A DNA stretch of 57,414 bases, counting the filler, from Stramenopiles sp. TOSAG23-3 (Eukaryota), in assembly GCA_900128585.1 (NCBI GenBank). It is 6 parts of 6 records of this genome, joined end to end, with 100 filler letters (N's around TTAATTAATTAA, not from the genome) between each part and the next. Parts side by side here need not be neighbours in the genome. Positions count along the whole stretch, not along the records: positions 53,569 to 55,441 come from LT645297.1; positions 55,542 to 57,414 come from LT645298.1; 4 more parts are not named here. One strand, given 5' to 3'. Below are positions 53,569 to 57,414 of this stretch, in pieces. Both the position numbers and the translations under genes were made by a program. Within the stretch, counting starts at the first letter, position 1. The number at the start of each line of letters is the position of its first letter. The notes under the pieces were generated by a model, which was not told the DNA's origin, searched no databases, and was given only the letters and a program-made list of their open reading frames with translations.

Positions 53569-55119
53569 GTGGGAAACTTGAAGGAGGCCATTCTGGAAAG
53601 TAGTGGTCCTTGGTACGAATGGTATGCTGGCAAGAAGCCTGAAATTTGCACTTTACCGAACGTGTGGAAAGGCTGCACTTGGGTCCAAAAATTATCTATT
53701 GTACAGTGCTTGAGACCAGATAGATACATTGATGGTTTGATTTCCTGTTTTCAAAGCAACCCTATAACAAGCGAATTTGTCGTAGATACTCGACTGAATT
53801 CATTATCAAAAACAACCGCTGCACTTTCACCGAAGAGCGAATCCGATGGCAATCCAAAACACTACAAATTTCTTCTTTGGCTACACTCTCATATAGTGCA
53901 CCGTTCCTGGTACGGAAAGCCCGGGTGGAATGCAGCGTACGAGTTCACTGAAAGGTTTCTTCTCGAAGCGCAACAAGTGCTGGATAACTTTGGAAGGAGT
54001 TCTAGGGCCAGCGCGTTTCTAATACTGGACCATGTTTACGGCAGCGTGGTGGCCGACCGGCACGATAAGCACCTGCTCAGTGATATAGTCATGAGCGCCT
54101 TTGAAAGCTCCAGCACCGGTGGCGGTACAGAGATGCTATTCCAATTTGCCACGTTTGCAGAAATGGAGACGAACGAGGAGTGTTGCAACGAGTTCAATGT
54201 GAATTTCTCTACATTAATGTCGGGTATAGAACCACCTTTGGAACGAGAAATGGGGATCGAAGAAAGCACCAAAAAGATTTCACAAATATTGGAGGCTTTG
54301 CCGCGGCCAGGGCAATATCCTGATCTTGAATCGATTGAACTGAGGAACGATCGTTTTCGGCCGTACTTACTATCCTACATCCAAGAGCAAGAATCGTTTC
54401 GATTCATTTTGGGTAAGTTGTCACAAGATTTAGAAGCCCTTGAAAAAATCCTCCGAGGTACAATTAAAATGGAGCCTAGATTGAAATATTTTTCACGCAG
54501 CTTAGAAACCAACTGGGTTCCTGGCGAATGGTTACAAATGTTAAATTGTTATGCCAAGGGGGGGCTTTCAGTTTCCAGTTACATAGAGCACTTGCGGCAT
54601 ATCCACCGTTTTCACAGAGAATGGAGTAGCAATGTCATCAAAGGGGACCCAACGACACCAACAATCCCGCTCGACCTATTTTTTCGCAAAAGACTTTTCA
54701 TTTCTTGTTTTAAAGTGGTGAGGGCCGGACTAGAAGATAAACCTCTACGAATGGTGGGGCTTGTCGCCGTGTGCCATAGCAAGGGTATTGTTAGCCAAAG
54801 CAATGTTGGGGGAAATAAAGATATCTTTCTGTCTGGGGGGAAATTGGAAGGAGCGTCATGGAATTTTCAAACGGCAGAACTGCAGCAAATCAATTCCCCC
54901 GGAATTCAGCAAGACTTCCCGATCATTCACTTATCGATTCAATTGCATTCCGAAGAAGAAACGGCGAAACCGCAAGGCGGTTATGAAAACGTTGTACTTT
55001 GCCCTGCATATGGATCACGCCACAGGAATTCATCACTATTTTACATGGAAATACGAACAACGAGGGATTTTCAGTACTGGGTTCGTCAAGGCGTAGCAAT
55101 ATGCTTCAGTGCATTTTGA
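53569..55119 (+). CDS. Divergent dynein heavy chain-like protein, C-terminal part (5'-partial)
   Basis: QKLSIVQCLRPDR. AAA6-lid-like WLHSHIVHRSWYGKPGWNAAYEF and HVYGSVVADRHDKHLL. C-terminal-domain-like QE...L..L..ILRG, SLETNWVPGEW, IFLSGGKLEGASW, LCPAY, YWVRQGVA. Confidence 0.8.
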   Translation: MGNLKEAILESSGPWYEWYAGKKPEICTLPNVWKGCTWVQKLSIVQCLRPDRYIDGLISCFQSNPITSEFVVDTRLNSLSKTTAALSPKSESDGNPKHYKFLLWLHSHIVHRSWYGKPGWNAAYEFTERFLLEAQQVLDNFGRSSRASAFLILDHVYGSVVADRHDKHLLSDIVMSAFESSSTGGGTEMLFQFATFAEMETNEECCNEFNVNFSTLMSGIEPPLEREMGIEESTKKISQILEALPRPGQYPDLESIELRNDRFRPYLLSYIQEQESFRFILGKLSQDLEALEKILRGTIKMEPRLKYFSRSLETNWVPGEWLQMLNCYAKGGLSVSSYIEHLRHIHRFHREWSSNVIKGDPTTPTIPLDLFFRKRLFISCFKVVRAGLEDKPLRMVGLVAVCHSKGIVSQSNVGGNKDIFLSGGKLEGASWNFQTAELQQINSPGIQQDFPIIHLSIQLHSEEETAKPQGGYENVVLCPAYGSRHRNSSLFYMEIRTTRDFQYWVRQGVAICFSAF

Positions 55120-55441
55120 GAGAAGTGTAGAGAAGAAACAGCAGGGTGCTGTTGTAAATGAGTTCTGGAGGGACAATATTTCACTTTCCAGGATTGAGAA
55201 GAGTGCAATAAAATATTTCAAAACTTATATTCGATCAATGTTGTTCATATTTTTAACCCCCCCTTTTTTACAATTTTATTAAAATCTAAATGTATCTTTA
55301 ATTTTAGCAAACAACTGCAAGGGGGGGCAAGAGAGTGGCCTGCCACGGGTGCGGTACAAAACCACACCAGAGCAGAACAGAACAGAGGTTCGAAGGCTAC
55401 AGGAGTGCAGCAACGATGGCACATGCAGCTATTGCTCCAAT

Positions 55442-55541
55442 NNNNNNNNNNNNNNNNNNNNNNNNNNNNNNNNNNNNNNNNNNNNTTAATTAATTAANNN
55501 NNNNNNNNNNNNNNNNNNNNNNNNNNNNNNNNNNNNNNNNN
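55442..55541. other. Artificial contig spacer
   Basis: N44-TTAATTAATTAA-N44. Confidence 0.99.
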
Positions 55542-55663
55542 AGCTGCCTCTCCATTTCATTCTTGCGCAGGTCGTCCCCGAGGCCGGCATGCTTGGACTT
55601 CTTCGACAGTATCTCTTCCCCCCTTTTTCCCATTTTATTTGTATTGTTTTTATTCCAACGACG

Positions 55664-57414
55664 ATGGCAGCATTAGGGTTGGAGGATGGGGATGAGTTTG
55701 ACTTCTTAGACGAGTTGACGGCAGAGTTGTCCTCCGATGAGGAAGACGTGCGCCCGGACGCGCCTTCGGACGCGCGGCTTGCGGAACTAAGAAAGGCGAG
55801 CAGCGAGGCCCCGTCCCCGTCGGCGGTCGTCGTGCGGCGCCCGGCGCCCGCGGCAGACCACCCGTCCAAGGCGTCGAAATTCTCCGTCCCCAAGCCGAGC
55901 GGTCCCAAACTGTTCGTGCCAAGATCGAACGCCCCGGCCACCAGTACCGGCTCCAAACTGTCCGTGCCGAGACCGAACGCCCCAGCCACCAGTACCGGCT
56001 CCAAACTGTCCGTGCCGAGACCGAACGATCGTCGGGGACAGAGCAAACCGTCCATTCAAAAGCAAACGACGGCGGCGGCCCCGGCCAAGTCGACGGCGGG
56101 CTTCCGCCAACCGTACTTTGAGAAGCAGCGGTCCAATATTGTCCAAAAGACGGGGAGGATCCAGGCCGACCTGGAAGAGTTCTCCGGCCTGAGGGTGCGG
56201 GGGCGCCTGATTGGGGTGCTCGATTTGCGGAGCCACATGAAGGGTCGAACGTTCATCAAGCTCCCGGCCCTGGCAAAGTACTCCAAGTCGAAACTCCAGG
56301 ACGAGTCGTTCGAGTGGGTCTCGATCGGGATCGTCCAGGGTCGCACGCCCGTGAAAACCTCCAGCAACGGCAAGAAGTTCCGGATCTTGACCATTGGGGA
56401 CTTGAAGAACATCACCCTCTCCTTGTTTCTGTTCGGGGACGCCTTTCAGAGCCACGAGAACATTCCGATAGGAACCATGGTGATCGTCCTGAACGCAAAG
56501 GTCTTGCCCGCCAAGGAGCGGTCCTCGTTCGCGCTCTCTGTTTTCAACGGCGGGCAAATGGTCAAGCTCGGGGTCTCAAAAGACTTGGCCATCTGCAAGG
56601 GCGTCCGAAAATCGGACGGGAAAAAGTGCTCCATGGCGATCGATGCGAGGACGGGGAAGTACTGCGAGTACCACGTCGCGGCCCAGTTCAAGCGGGTGGC
56701 TGCGGGGAGGATGGACCTTGCCGGGAGCTCCGGGGTCCTTGGGCGGGGCGCGCCGAAGAATAAGAAGAGGCAGAACAACTTCTTTGGCATCCAGCGGCGG
56801 AACCTCTCCGAAGGGACGTACAACCGGTTCGGTGGTGCCCAACACGGGTCAAAGGGGGGGAACTTGATCGTCGGCCAGCGGGGCAACGTGCTCGCGTCCC
56901 GGCCGACGCACGGCCAGCGGTTCGACGCGCAACGGAAAAAGTTCAAGGCAAACCTGGAGCAAAGTATCGAGGCCAATGGGATGCAGCGCATGGGCGTCGG
57001 CCAGCGGAACATGGCCAGGATGCTGGGCATTGGGTCCAACCACCACCTGGACCGCAAGAACGCGGTCGCCAGCCGCCAACCACAGCTCCGGCGGCCCGGC
57101 GACCTGTTCCGGGGCAAAACGACGATGACGGCCAGGGAAGCGTACGCTGCGAAGGTCAAGGCTGCGGGGGTGAAGTTCCAAAAGGCAGACCCGAACGACT
57201 CGGAAGGGCTCCGAAAGGAGCTGAAAAGGACGAAAGAGCAAGCCGTGCGCGCCGGGATTGCGCCCAAGAAGCGGGGCGTGCTCGGAAACAAGCGCCCGCG
57301 AGGAGAAAAGGAAGAGGCGGAAAGGCGGAAACGCCGGGAAGAGATACTGTCGAAGAAGTCCAAGCATGCCGGCCTCGGGGACGACCTGCGCAAGAATGAA
57401 ATGGAGAGGCAGCT
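55664..57414 (+). CDS. MCM10: Minichromosome maintenance protein 10, 3'-partial (not in the ORF track because it has no stop in the window)
   Basis: Manual translation from ATG 55664: EEFSGLRVR, EWVSIGIV, KTSSNGKKF..LTIGDL, SLFLFGDA, GTMVIVLN (OB fold), then CCCH zinc finger CKGVRKSDGKKC...YCEYH and GRMDL. Confidence 0.92.
   Translation, partial: MAALGLEDGDEFDFLDELTAELSSDEEDVRPDAPSDARLAELRKASSEAPSPSAVVVRRPAPAADHPSKASKFSVPKPSGPKLFVPRSNAPATSTGSKLSVPRPNAPATSTGSKLSVPRPNDRRGQSKPSIQKQTTAAAPAKSTAGFRQPYFEKQRSNIVQKTGRIQADLEEFSGLRVRGRLIGVLDLRSHMKGRTFIKLPALAKYSKSKLQDESFEWVSIGIVQGRTPVKTSSNGKKFRILTIGDLKNITLSLFLFGDAFQSHENIPIGTMVIVLNAKVLPAKERSSFALSVFNGGQMVKLGVSKDLAICKGVRKSDGKKCSMAIDARTGKYCEYHVAAQFKRVAAGRMDLAGSSGVLGRGAPKNKKRQNNFFGIQRRNLSEGTYNRFGGAQHGSKGGNLIVGQRGNVLASRPTHGQRFDAQRKKFKANLEQSIEANGMQRMGVGQRNMARMLGIGSNHHLDRKNAVASRQPQLRRPGDLFRGKTTMTAREAYAAKVKAAGVKFQKADPNDSEGLRKELKRTKEQAVRAGIAPKKRGVLGNKRPRGEKEEAERRKRREEILSKKSKHAGLGDDLRKNEMERQ
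55905..56027 (+). repeat. 48-bp coding tandem repeat (~2.5 copies; KLSVPRPNAPATSTGS) in the MCM10 N-terminal linker
   Basis: CCAAACTG(T/C)... units begin at 55905, 55953 and 56001. Confidence 0.9.

Noticed and set aside
17119-55541. Five identical TTAATTAATTAA palindromes in N runs
   Set aside because: They are artificial six-frame-stop linkers. Gene adjacency across them has no biological meaning.

Overview
Eukaryotic DNA, gene-dense and intron-poor, read with the standard genetic code. It probably comes from a protist assembly or MAG; a heterotrophic stramenopile-like source is a guess, not shown. The window is not one locus. Six contigs (17118, 17110, 17065, 1875, 1873 and 1873 bp) are joined by artificial 100-nt N/TTAATTAATTAA spacers. 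About 27 protein-coding genes lie between very AT-rich, microsatellite-laden intergenic tracts. Recognisable genes: an ependymin-like secreted protein, an FHA-RINGv-FHA protein, a head-to-head pair of mitochondrion-targeted one-carbon enzymes (bacterial-type Fhs and FolD), APC15, two SDRs, a PPEF-like phosphatase with a degenerate active site, CLPTM1, MOB1, an AGC kinase, UPRT, a kinesin, NDUFB10, SLC33A1, RPL18A, CPSF160, a divergent dynein heavy-chain C-terminus and MCM10 (missing from the ORF track). The most unusual item is a ~1420-aa Atg22-like MFS transporter. It has a ~525-aa glycosylated luminal insert with an Ig/cadherin-like module and a cytosolic tail with a CAF-1-like winged helix, an HMG box inserted into it, and an IQ motif. 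No rRNA, tRNA, CRISPR array or transposase was recognised. All family calls come from recognising motifs by eye; no database search was run.
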